DNA of 64,000 bases from a virus: the IMG/VR virus record IMGVR_UViG_3300027319_000001; one strand, given 5' to 3'. The stretch's first letter is position 1, and the number at the start of each line of letters is the position of its first letter. Positions 54,911 to 62,101 of the stretch are shown piece by piece. The notes below the pieces were generated by a model that was not told the DNA's origin, searched no databases, and worked only from the letters and a program-made list of their open reading frames with translations. Position numbers and translations under genes: made by a program.

Positions 54911-56401
54911 GTGCTGACCCTTTATTTTGGGGGAGCTGAAATCCCTGGTTGGCGGAAATTTCTCGCCGATCAGGGGGTCACACACGTATCGATGTCTTTC
55001 GTCGGTCTGCTGCGGCGGACACGTCTTGTGCGGCCGTGGCTGATTGATGAGAAATTCCCGGAAGACATGGCGATCTTTCTGGATTCTGGCGGTTACACGC
55101 TGAACAAGAATCCGGAGAAATACACGATTGAAGAGCTCCACGAAATGGCGCATAAGTACCGGGATTTCGTGGAGATGAATTATGACCGCTTGGAAATGGT
55201 ATCGGAGTTTGACGCCCTTGTCCTCGGTCAGGAGTGGATTCAGCGTGAGCGCGCCAGCTTCTGGGAGGGTCTTGGAGATAAGTGGCTGCCCATCTGGCAC
55301 GCAGAGACGGGCATAGCGGAGCTGGAGCGTCTTGCCGCCACATACGGCCGTGTAGGCGTCCCTCAGACGTCTGTAGGCGGCCGGGACATTATCCCGGTAC
55401 TCAACAGGCTGGCTCGTGATGGTGTGCGACTGCATGGCGTCGCCATGACCAAGACGACGCTTCTGGAAGAAGTTGCATTCGATTCCGTAGCGTCCACGTC
55501 TTGGCTCTCTCCCGCGCAATACGGGGATACTCAGATTTGGACCGGACACGAACTTAAACGCTATCCCCGCAAATACAAGGAACAGGGGCGTAAAAGGCAC
55601 CGCCAGCACCTCGCATCTCAGGGGTTCAACACCGAGGCGATTGAAGCAGATGACCATAACGAGGTGTTGCGTGTTGCCGTTTGGAGCTGGCAGCAGTACA
55701 TCGCGCACCTGAATCGTGGGGGAGTAGTTAGTACATTGCGGAATAGGGATAATCCCGAAAATCGGGAAAACGAGCGCGCAGAAGTTGATACGCAGGTTTC
55801 CGAAACCAGTACCGAAGTATCAACTAGAAATCCGTTTCCGCGCGAGCGTCGGCAGCTTTTGCCGGGCGTCGTACTGGACGTCGTAAGCCGCTCTGAGCTG
55901 GGAGAAGACGGTCAACCGGTCCAACGAGAGGAACGCCGTGTCGGTGTAGATCGTATTGCTCTACGCCAGTGTGATAGTTGCTACATTGCCAGCCGTTGCC
56001 CGGCGTTCGTGCCTCATGCCGAGTGTGGTTATGAGATCCCGGTACAGATAAAAACCCGGGAACAGCTGGACGCGGCACGGCGCGCTGTCCTTGCCATGCA
56101 GCTGCAGCGCGTCATGTACATGCGGTTGGTGGAGGAGCTGGAAGGCGGTTATTCCGATCCGAATCTCTCCAAAGAAATCGATCTGTTCAACCGCATGGCT
56201 ACCCAGCTCTCAGAGGAAGACGCCGAGTCGGTTTCCATCAGCATAAAGGCTCGTGCTCGCTCCGATGGCGAGACCGGAATGATCGGCCGTCTGTTCGGCC
56301 GCGAGGCGGCAGAACAGGTTCGCGCGCTTCCTGAGACCGTGGAGTCGGACGATCTGCTTCAGCACATGGGAGTTGTTGACGCTGAGGTAGTGGATCGCTG
56401 A
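54911..56401 (+). CDS. TGT/DpdA-like transglycosylase domain fused to an unknown C-terminal domain
   Basis: IFLDSGGYT and VAFDSVASTSW resemble the DSGGF and DS..SW motifs of the tRNA-guanine transglycosylase/DpdA family; ~170-aa Cys-containing helical C-terminus after a polar linker. Confidence 0.45.
   Translation: MLTLYFGGAEIPGWRKFLADQGVTHVSMSFVGLLRRTRLVRPWLIDEKFPEDMAIFLDSGGYTLNKNPEKYTIEELHEMAHKYRDFVEMNYDRLEMVSEFDALVLGQEWIQRERASFWEGLGDKWLPIWHAETGIAELERLAATYGRVGVPQTSVGGRDIIPVLNRLARDGVRLHGVAMTKTTLLEEVAFDSVASTSWLSPAQYGDTQIWTGHELKRYPRKYKEQGRKRHRQHLASQGFNTEAIEADDHNEVLRVAVWSWQQYIAHLNRGGVVSTLRNRDNPENRENERAEVDTQVSETSTEVSTRNPFPRERRQLLPGVVLDVVSRSELGEDGQPVQREERRVGVDRIALRQCDSCYIASRCPAFVPHAECGYEIPVQIKTREQLDAARRAVLAMQLQRVMYMRLVEELEGGYSDPNLSKEIDLFNRMATQLSEEDAESVSISIKARARSDGETGMIGRLFGREAAEQVRALPETVESDDLLQHMGVVDAEVVDR
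55783..55825. repeat. Inverted AGTTGATAC pair inside the coding linker of 54911..56401
   Basis: agttgatacg 55783-55792 ... ggtttccgaaacc ... gtatcaact 55817-55825. Confidence 0.65.
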
Positions 56402-56410
56402 CCGGAAAAC

Positions 56411-56452
56411 GCTAGAAGCCCCGCGCCAAAAATCTGGCGTGGGGCTTCTAGC
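56411..56452 (+). terminator. Strong hairpin terminator
   Basis: 18-bp stem gctagaagccccgcgcca / tggcgtggggcttctagc (one G-U), loop aaaatc. Confidence 0.8.
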
Positions 56453-56544
56453 GTACTTTGGCTATTCCCATTCGGCGAAGAAGCGTATTAACGCCCCCGG
56501 TTATAATCGAAATTGTCCGAGAATTCGGCACGTGATTGGGGATT

Positions 56545-56640
56545 ATGTGGCGGCTCGACGAACTGCTCGACGAACTCTGCCGCATCGCCGCCGCGGGCCT
56601 CAGCGACGGAATCCTCACCTCCGCATTCGGTCACACATAA
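56545..56640 (+). CDS. 31-aa high-GC ORF upstream of hsdM (possible gene remnant)
   Basis: MWRLDELLDELCRIAAAGLSDGILTSAFGHT*; contains the tandem 12-nt ctcgacgaact repeat; shares the hsdM-like GC3 bias. Confidence 0.25.
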   Translation: MWRLDELLDELCRIAAAGLSDGILTSAFGHT

Positions 56641-56654
56641 GTGAGAAGGAGACC

Positions 56655-58277
56655 ATGTCCCCCAGGAAGAAAAAGATCACCGAACAGGCGGCCCTGCTGG
56701 GCATGCCCGCCATGGCCGACCTGTACGACACCCTGTGGAAGGCCGCGAACAAGCTGCGTGGCTACATGGACGCCGCACAGTACAAGGACTTCGTCCTGGG
56801 CCTGGTGTTCCTCAAGTACGTCTCGGACGCGTTCGAGGAGCGCCGCGAGGCCATCCGCGCGGAGATCCTGGCGCAGGGCATCCCCGAGTCCCGTCTCGAC
56901 ATGTTCCTCGACGACAAGGACGCGTGCATCGGCCACGGCGTCTTCTGGGTCCCGGAAGAGGCGCGCTGGTCGCACCTGGCTGCGCACGCCAAGAGCGACG
57001 GCATCGGCGAGCTCATCGACCGTGCCATGGACGCCATCATGAAATCCAACCCGTCGCTTGCTGGCGTACTGCCCAAGATCTTCAACCGGGACAACGTGGA
57101 TCAGCGCCGTCTCGGCGAGCTGGTCGACCTCATCAGCGACGCCAGCTTCACCGGCCACGGCGACAGGCCCGCCCGGGACGTGCTCGGCGAGGTCTACGAG
57201 TACTTCCTAGAGAAGTTCGCCCGCGCCGAAGGCCAGCGCGGCGGCGAGTACTACACCCCGCCCAGCGTGGTCAAGCTCCTGGTCCAGGTGCTGGAGCCGT
57301 ACTCCGGCCGCGTCTACGACCCCTGCTGCGGATCAGGCGGCATGTTCGTGCAGGCCGAGAAGTTCGTGATCGCCCACCGCGGCATCCAGCACAAGGACGG
57401 CATCACCGTCTACGGCCAGGAATCCAACGAGCGCACCTGGCGGCTGGCGAAGATGAACCTCGCCATCCACGGCATCAGCGGCAACCTCGGCCCCCGCTGG
57501 GCGGACACCTTCCGCGAGGACAAACACCCCGACCTCAAAGCCGACTACATCCTCGCCAACCCGCCGTTCAACATGTCCGACTGGTCACGCACCGTGGACG
57601 ACCCCAGGTGGCGCTTCGGCACGCCCCCGGCGAACAACGCCAACTTCGCCTGGCTGCAGCACATCATTTCCAAGCTCGCCGAACGCGGCACCGCAGGCGT
57701 CGTGCTCGCCAACGGCTCCATGACCTCCATGAAGTCCGGCGAGGGCGAGATCCGCGCCGCCATCGTCGAAGCCGACCTGGTCTCGTGCATGGTCGCACTG
57801 CCGCCGCAACTGTTCCGCACCACTCAGATCCCCGTCTGCCTGTGGTTCTTCGACAAGGACAAGAGCCCGCAGGGTGCCAAGCGGCTGGCAGACAGGCGCG
57901 GCGAGGTGCTGTTCATCGACGCCCGGAACATGGGCACGATGGTCGACCGCACCGAGCGCGTCCTCACTGACGACGACATCGCCCGCATCGCTGACACCTA
58001 CCACGCCTGGCGGGGCACCGCCTCAGCCCGCGCCAAGAACCTGACGTACGAGGACGTGCCGGGATACTGCTATTCAGCCACCCTCGAGGAGATCCGCCAG
58101 CACGACCACGTTCTGACCCCGGTCCGGTACGTCGGCGTGCCCGAGGTCGAGAACGACGATGACGAGCCGATCACCGACAAGATCGCCCGGCTCGCCAAGG
58201 AGCTGTACGCCCACTTTGAGGAGTCCGCGCGGCTGGAGAAGGACGTGCGCGAGCAGTTGGAGCTGATCGATGGGTGA
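56655..58277 (+). CDS. hsdM: Type I restriction-modification N6-adenine methyltransferase subunit
   Basis: RBS aggag + ATG 56655; LWKAANKLRGYMDAAQYKDFVLGLVFLKYVSD (HsdM N-domain); VYDPCCGSGGMF (SAM); ILANPPFN (catalytic). Confidence 0.92.
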   Translation: MSPRKKKITEQAALLGMPAMADLYDTLWKAANKLRGYMDAAQYKDFVLGLVFLKYVSDAFEERREAIRAEILAQGIPESRLDMFLDDKDACIGHGVFWVPEEARWSHLAAHAKSDGIGELIDRAMDAIMKSNPSLAGVLPKIFNRDNVDQRRLGELVDLISDASFTGHGDRPARDVLGEVYEYFLEKFARAEGQRGGEYYTPPSVVKLLVQVLEPYSGRVYDPCCGSGGMFVQAEKFVIAHRGIQHKDGITVYGQESNERTWRLAKMNLAIHGISGNLGPRWADTFREDKHPDLKADYILANPPFNMSDWSRTVDDPRWRFGTPPANNANFAWLQHIISKLAERGTAGVVLANGSMTSMKSGEGEIRAAIVEADLVSCMVALPPQLFRTTQIPVCLWFFDKDKSPQGAKRLADRRGEVLFIDARNMGTMVDRTERVLTDDDIARIADTYHAWRGTASARAKNLTYEDVPGYCYSATLEEIRQHDHVLTPVRYVGVPEVENDDDEPITDKIARLAKELYAHFEESARLEKDVREQLELIDG

Positions 58278-59460
58278 GGCCGTAACGCTGGCTGACGTCT
58301 GCGAACTTATTGTCTGTAGTCATAGTACTCCTCCGGAGTGTCCCGCCGAGGAGGCTTACGGGTTCGCCGTTGGCACGCCAAATGTCCGTGACGGACGAAT
58401 TGTTCTTGAATCCGCCAAACGAGTAAATCGCGAGACGTTCGCCACCTGGACCGCGCGTGCTGTACCACAAGCTGGCGACTTGATCGTCACACGTAGGGGA
58501 CCGGTAGGTCGAGTTGGGATAATTCCTGAAGGGGTGAAAATTTGCCTGGGGGCGAGAACCGTGCTTCTCAGAGCGAATGCGGAGATTGTTCACCCCCGTT
58601 TCCTGCACTATCTGCTGATGGGGCCTGACATGCAACATGCCATGCACGCCCTAAGCGGTGGATCTACCGTTCTCAACCTTAAAGCAGAAGATTTCCGTAA
58701 TCTCAAACTCCCGCCCCTCCCTTCCCTAATGCAGCAGCGAATGATTGGCGAGCTGCTCGGCGCGCTGGACGACAAGATCGCGGCCAACGAGCGGATCGCA
58801 CGGGCCAGCCTCGACTTGGCGGACGCGCACTTTGAATTGGTCGCCCGCAATCTCGCATATAGCTCTGAAACGTTCGGAACGGTAGCTGAGGTGTTCGTCG
58901 GAGGTACACCACGGACCTCAGAGCCCGCGTACTGGGATGGATCGATTGCCTGGGCCACGCCATCTGATGTCACTGGCCTGAGCGGACCCTATCTCTTCAC
59001 CACGGCGAGAAAGATCACAGAGAAGGGCCTTACCCAGTGTGGTTCGCGGATCTACCCGCCTGGCTCAATCTTCATGACGTCGCGCGCGACGATCGGAGCC
59101 TTCGCGGTACCACAGATCCCGACAGCGGTGAGTCAAGGAATCATCGTCATCATTCCACGGCAGCCTGAAATGCGGTGGTGGTTGTTCCATGAAATGCGAT
59201 CTCGGGTCGAGGAGATGCGTAGTCTCGCGAACGGCTCAGTTATCCTTGGACTGACTTGCGAGGATTTCAAGGCCATGCGCGTCCGATTGGCCGAACCCGA
59301 CGTGATCGCCCGCTTCTCTGCGCAAGTTGATCCTCTGCATAAGCGAGCAGCTAAGTGCGTCGAGGAGTCGTATGTCCTGGCTGAGCTTCGCGACACACTC
59401 CTGCCCAAGCTGATGTCCGGTGAGATCCGCGTACGAGACGCGGAGAAGGCGGCCGATTAA
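58270..59460 (+). CDS. hsdS: Type I restriction-modification specificity subunit
   Basis: ATGGGTGA overlap with hsdM; two variable domains separated by conserved helices (LPPLPSLMQQRMIGELLGALDDKI; LRDTLLPKLMSGEIRV). Confidence 0.88.
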   Translation: MGEAVTLADVCELIVCSHSTPPECPAEEAYGFAVGTPNVRDGRIVLESAKRVNRETFATWTARAVPQAGDLIVTRRGPVGRVGIIPEGVKICLGARTVLLRANAEIVHPRFLHYLLMGPDMQHAMHALSGGSTVLNLKAEDFRNLKLPPLPSLMQQRMIGELLGALDDKIAANERIARASLDLADAHFELVARNLAYSSETFGTVAEVFVGGTPRTSEPAYWDGSIAWATPSDVTGLSGPYLFTTARKITEKGLTQCGSRIYPPGSIFMTSRATIGAFAVPQIPTAVSQGIIVIIPRQPEMRWWLFHEMRSRVEEMRSLANGSVILGLTCEDFKAMRVRLAEPDVIARFSAQVDPLHKRAAKCVEESYVLAELRDTLLPKLMSGEIRVRDAEKAAD

Positions 59461-59497
59461 CCTTGGAAGCGCCCCGCCGACAGGCGGGGCGCAACCA
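59448..59497. repeat. Left copy of a 50-bp direct repeat (contains the hsdS terminator hairpin)
   Basis: ggcggccgattaaccttggaagcgccccgcc GACA ggcggggcgcaacca; matches 60629-60678 except 2 nt and the loop. Confidence 0.9.
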
Positions 59498-59565
59498 GGA
59501 TCAATCGGACATGTTCAGGAGCTTTTCAATTTCAGCGAACGAAATGGTGATCTCGCTCTCCAGAG

Positions 59566-59781
59566 CTATCCGTGGTTGTTGTAGGCTTCGACTATATGCT
59601 GCCCAAGGAAGACACCACACATTACGGTGGCGATAAGGGACACGAGGAATGCGATTAAAGCGAGCATCTTTTCTGAGCCTTCCCGGCTGTTAATCGTGAT
59701 GTTTAAGAAGTACCCTGTTCCACTTGCGAGAACCATTACGGTGACCAGGGAAATTACGGCAACGAACTGCTCGTCGGTCAT
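59566..59781 (-). CDS. 71-aa two-helix membrane protein (cassette gene B)
   Basis: RBS gggaga 7 nt before ATG 59781; MTDEQFVAVISLVTVMVLASGTGYFL...MLALIAFLVSLIATVMCGVFLG...; AT-richer than its surroundings. Confidence 0.5.
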   Translation of the reverse strand: MTDEQFVAVISLVTVMVLASGTGYFLNITINSREGSEKMLALIAFLVSLIATVMCGVFLGQHIVEAYNNHG

Positions 59782-59913
59782 TCGGATTTCTCCCGGATTT
59801 TTCCGTTTTGCTATGGCCGTCTCCCAACCGGATTTTTTCGGCTGGGAGACGACTAAAGCCAAACGGATTACCGGCTCTCCAATTTGTATCGTTTCCGGCG
59901 TCTCAGAAGAAGA

Positions 59914-60600
59914 TCAAAGTGCGTCGTCCAGTGTGTAGTCTACGAGACGTAGTCTGTCCAGCCCCTCTCGTTTCGCAATGATTGCTGCCGTCTCTTCAGT
60001 TAACCCACGGGCGCGGTGCTTTTCATAGAGTTTTGCGGCTTCTTCTGCCGTATGGGCGTCCCTGTACCGTGTGCCCAGGTCTCCGAAAGGATGTCCGTAT
60101 TCCGGGTCCCTGACCATCGCACCCCAGGATGTTACCGTGCTCGCTTCTGTACCTACATATACGGTGGTACGGAACCTGCGGATCTCTACTTCATCCCCTG
60201 TGTCCAGTGTTAGTACGTGCTCCAGCTGACCTGCGTCAGCCTCCCACAGCTGCGGAGGCTCCTCCCCCGGCGCGTAGCCAAAATACTCTCCGAATCTCTT
60301 GAGTCCGGCAAGCCCACGCCTGAACCGTTCCCGAAACATGGCTCCAGCACGCGGAACCCGGCACAGCTGCAAGATGTCCGTTGGTGTAAGTTCCACGTGC
60401 GTGATCCGTTCAACCCTGGTTGGGAACCCTCCACGCTGCTTATGTATGCGGACACGATTGCCAAAGAAGGTGATGAAAGTCACCGACTTAGGATCTGTCC
60501 GCACCACGATCTTCCTAGCCGTGCGGTTACCGCTCCTAGCGGCGACCGTGTATGAGCAGACATCCCCAACTTTAAGGTTGCGCGTCTCAACCAACTCCAT
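59914..60600 (-). CDS. 228-aa protein of unknown function (cassette gene A)
   Basis: Clean ORF with a GAGG-type RBS; no motif I recognise. Confidence 0.6.
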   Translation of the reverse strand: MELVETRNLKVGDVCSYTVAARSGNRTARKIVVRTDPKSVTFITFFGNRVRIHKQRGGFPTRVERITHVELTPTDILQLCRVPRAGAMFRERFRRGLAGLKRFGEYFGYAPGEEPPQLWEADAGQLEHVLTLDTGDEVEIRRFRTTVYVGTEASTVTSWGAMVRDPEYGHPFGDLGTRYRDAHTAEEAAKLYEKHRARGLTEETAAIIAKREGLDRLRLVDYTLDDAL

Positions 60601-60624
60601 AGCGCCTCACTCCATAGCGCCTCC
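60595..60624. repeat. Tandem 15-bp duplication over the RBS/start of 59914..60600
   Basis: ctccatagcgcctca + ctccatagcgcctcc; on the minus strand the upstream copy gives an ATG-GAG-TGA mini-ORF. Confidence 0.85.
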
Positions 60625-60628
60625 AAGT

Positions 60629-60678
60629 GGCGGCCGATTGGCCTTGGAAGCGCCCCGCCTGTCGGCGGGGCGCAACCA
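60629..60678. repeat. Right copy of the 50-bp direct repeat
   Basis: ggcggccgattggccttggaagcgccccgcc TGTC ggcggggcgcaacca; the loop is the complement of the left copy's loop. Confidence 0.9.
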
Positions 60679-60686
60679 TGGTCACC

Positions 60687-60971
60687 TTAGTCCTCGATGG
60701 TGATCAGGTAGTGACGCTTACGGTACGTTTTCCTGGTCACCTGCGCGAGCGGATCCCGAGGGCAACCGTTATCAATGTAGTCCTGCCAGCCACGGATATG
60801 GCGCTGAATAGCGGATCTGCGAGTCTTGAGGATACTGGCCACGTACTTGCTTGGCTTTGCCTTGAGCTGCGACTCAATGTCGGCAAGCTCAACCTGACGG
60901 TCCGCGATCATCGCGAGCGCCGCCTGCAGGCGGACCGCATAGTCATAGTGAGCGAAAGGGTTGCTGTTCAT
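60687..60971 (-). CDS. Hypothetical 94-aa protein
   Basis: ATG 60971 after gggag (MNSNPFAHYDYAVRLQ...); the longer TTG-61115 form would run through the terminator 61077-61105. Confidence 0.5.
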   Translation of the reverse strand: MNSNPFAHYDYAVRLQAALAMIADRQVELADIESQLKAKPSKYVASILKTRRSAIQRHIRGWQDYIDNGCPRDPLAQVTRKTYRKRHYLITIED

Positions 60972-61076
60972 CGCGCTCCCGTGTCTTGGTGGTGGCTCCA
61001 CTATAGCGGGGTGCGTGACGAGTGTCAACCTATCGCGCAGTAGTCGGGAACAGAGCTGTGACCTGGGGAAACGAAA

Positions 61077-61105
61077 GTCCCCGCGTCGCATTCCGACGCG
61101 GGGAC
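61077..61105 (-). terminator. Rho-independent terminator of the HicA-like gene
   Basis: gtccccgcgtcg cattc cgacgcggggac (12-bp stem); on the minus strand it is followed by tttcgtttccc. Confidence 0.75.
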
Positions 61106-61111
61106 TGGAAA

Positions 61112-61372
61112 TCAACCCTTTACGTCAAGCTTAGGAAATTTCCGTGCCTTGCCCTTATACCTCCCATGCGGGTTTCTGTACACCAGCCCTATCTTGGCTA
61201 GCTGACTGAGCGTGTTGTTCCTGCCGTGCTTGTCGCTGTTGGTGCGAGACACGATAACCAGTCCTCCATCCTGAGGATTTCGGACGTGGTAGTGACGCCC
61301 ATTTTTCTTGATCAGGAAACCTTGCCTTGCCGCGAGTCTCAAGATGGCCTTGATGTCTTTTCGGTCGGTCAT
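61112..61372 (-). CDS. HicA-like (YcfA-fold) putative mRNA interferase with a basic C-terminal tail
   Basis: KDIKAILRLAARQGFLIKKNGRHYHVRNP..GGLVIVSR....GRNNTLSQLAKIGL parallels the HicA pattern (G-x-H...tvP.h...l..gtl..i.kq.Gl). Confidence 0.45.
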   Translation of the reverse strand: MTDRKDIKAILRLAARQGFLIKKNGRHYHVRNPQDGGLVIVSRTNSDKHGRNNTLSQLAKIGLVYRNPHGRYKGKARKFPKLDVKG

Positions 61373-61403
61373 GTCACTCTGGTCTTGGTGCGGTGCGTTT
61401 AGC

Positions 61404-61484
61404 TTAGTGGCTTTGGGGTGGTTTGGTCAACAGCTGTCTGAGTCCTCCAGCAAGTGTCTTAGGAAAGATCACGTGATCGGCCAT
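61404..61484 (-). CDS. 26-aa ORF upstream of the HicA-like gene (tentative)
   Basis: ggagg 8 nt before ATG 61484; MADHVIFPKTLAGGLRQLLTKPPQSH*; contains the 12-bp palindrome gatcacgtgatc 61467-61478. Confidence 0.25.
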   Translation of the reverse strand: MADHVIFPKTLAGGLRQLLTKPPQSH

Positions 61485-61571
61485 CGGATTTTCCTCCAAG
61501 TTTGATTCGGATTTTTCCAGCAAGAGAGTTCGGATTTCTCTGGCGGATTACCAACCTGCCAGACCGGATTT
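61485..61571. repeat. Five direct CGGATT[TA] repeats
   Basis: cggattt at 61485, 61508, 61531, 61565 and cggatta at 61544; the first three are exactly 23 bp apart. Confidence 0.6.
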
Positions 61572-61681
61572 TGTGCCCGGCAGGAAGGGGATTCGTCAGA
61601 GGTATTCGTAGAGGATCAGTTCCTTGGTGGACTCGCTTAGCGCTCTGCCATCCTGTCCAAGGAAGACGTCCATCAGGTCTT

Positions 61682-61903
61682 TTACGATCTCTTCGATCTT
61701 ATCCCGCATTGCGGGATAAGGATGCACTGCATGTTGGTGTCTGGATCCTCCGACAACATTTCTTTGAAGCGCTTGACCGTGGCGGCATCTGCACAAGCGC
61801 GCCTGTACGCCTTGGCTGCCGCAGAAAGGTAGGGGGTTTGTCTCGTTCGATCAGCGAGGTCGTGCAGTGCGTCGCCGCTGAGCGTGTACTCTTGCGCTTC
61901 CAT
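61682..61903 (-). CDS. Hypothetical 73-aa protein (possibly continuing by frameshift into 61596..61709)
   Basis: ATG 61903 (MEAQEYTLSGDALHDLADRTRQ...); a -1 frame ORF (MRDKIEEIVKDLMDVFLGQDG...) overlaps its 3' end. Confidence 0.4.
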   Translation of the reverse strand: MEAQEYTLSGDALHDLADRTRQTPYLSAAAKAYRRACADAATVKRFKEMLSEDPDTNMQCILIPQCGIRSKRS

Positions 61904-61933
61904 GGGTGACTGTGCGCTTCCATGGGTGACTGT
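61894..61933. repeat. Tandem 20-bp duplication over the start codon of 61682..61903
   Basis: gcgcttccatgggtgactgt twice (61894-61913, 61914-61933); this creates a second, out-of-frame ATG at 61923. Confidence 0.9.
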
Positions 61934-62071
61934 ACGTTGCCAAGATCGGCGGGATAGACGTCCGCTCTGGATGGGTAATCCTAGCTTGACTGCGCGAGGC
62001 CTGTCGACCCGTCGCTCAGCGGTTGTTCGTGTGGGCATATCCCCAGGTCACAACGTTTTATGCGCGACGGG

Positions 62072-62101
62072 TTGACACATGTCGCGCACTCCCATTAGTG
62101 T
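62072..62101 (+). promoter_or_regulatory. Sigma-70/HrdB-type promoter candidate facing rightward
   Basis: TTGACA 62072-62077, 18-nt spacer, TAGTGT 62096-62101; the -35 sits in the loop of IR tgcgcgac/gtcgcgca. Confidence 0.45.

Noticed and set aside
56735-57970. 411-aa alternative-frame ORF and several antisense ORFs within hsdM
   Set aside because: They are a consequence of the extreme third-position GC of hsdM, which removes stop codons from the other frames. The translations are Arg/Pro/Gly homopolymer-like, while the hsdM frame has all the methyltransferase motifs.
61485-61571. CRISPR-like array (also considered for 28968-29067 and 27355-27390)
   Set aside because: The repeat units are only 7-12 nt (or two 25-nt copies) with 12-23-nt periods, far from CRISPR repeat-spacer geometry, and there are no cas genes nearby. 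The Cas4-like gene at 44.7 kb is a recombination-type nuclease in the replication module.
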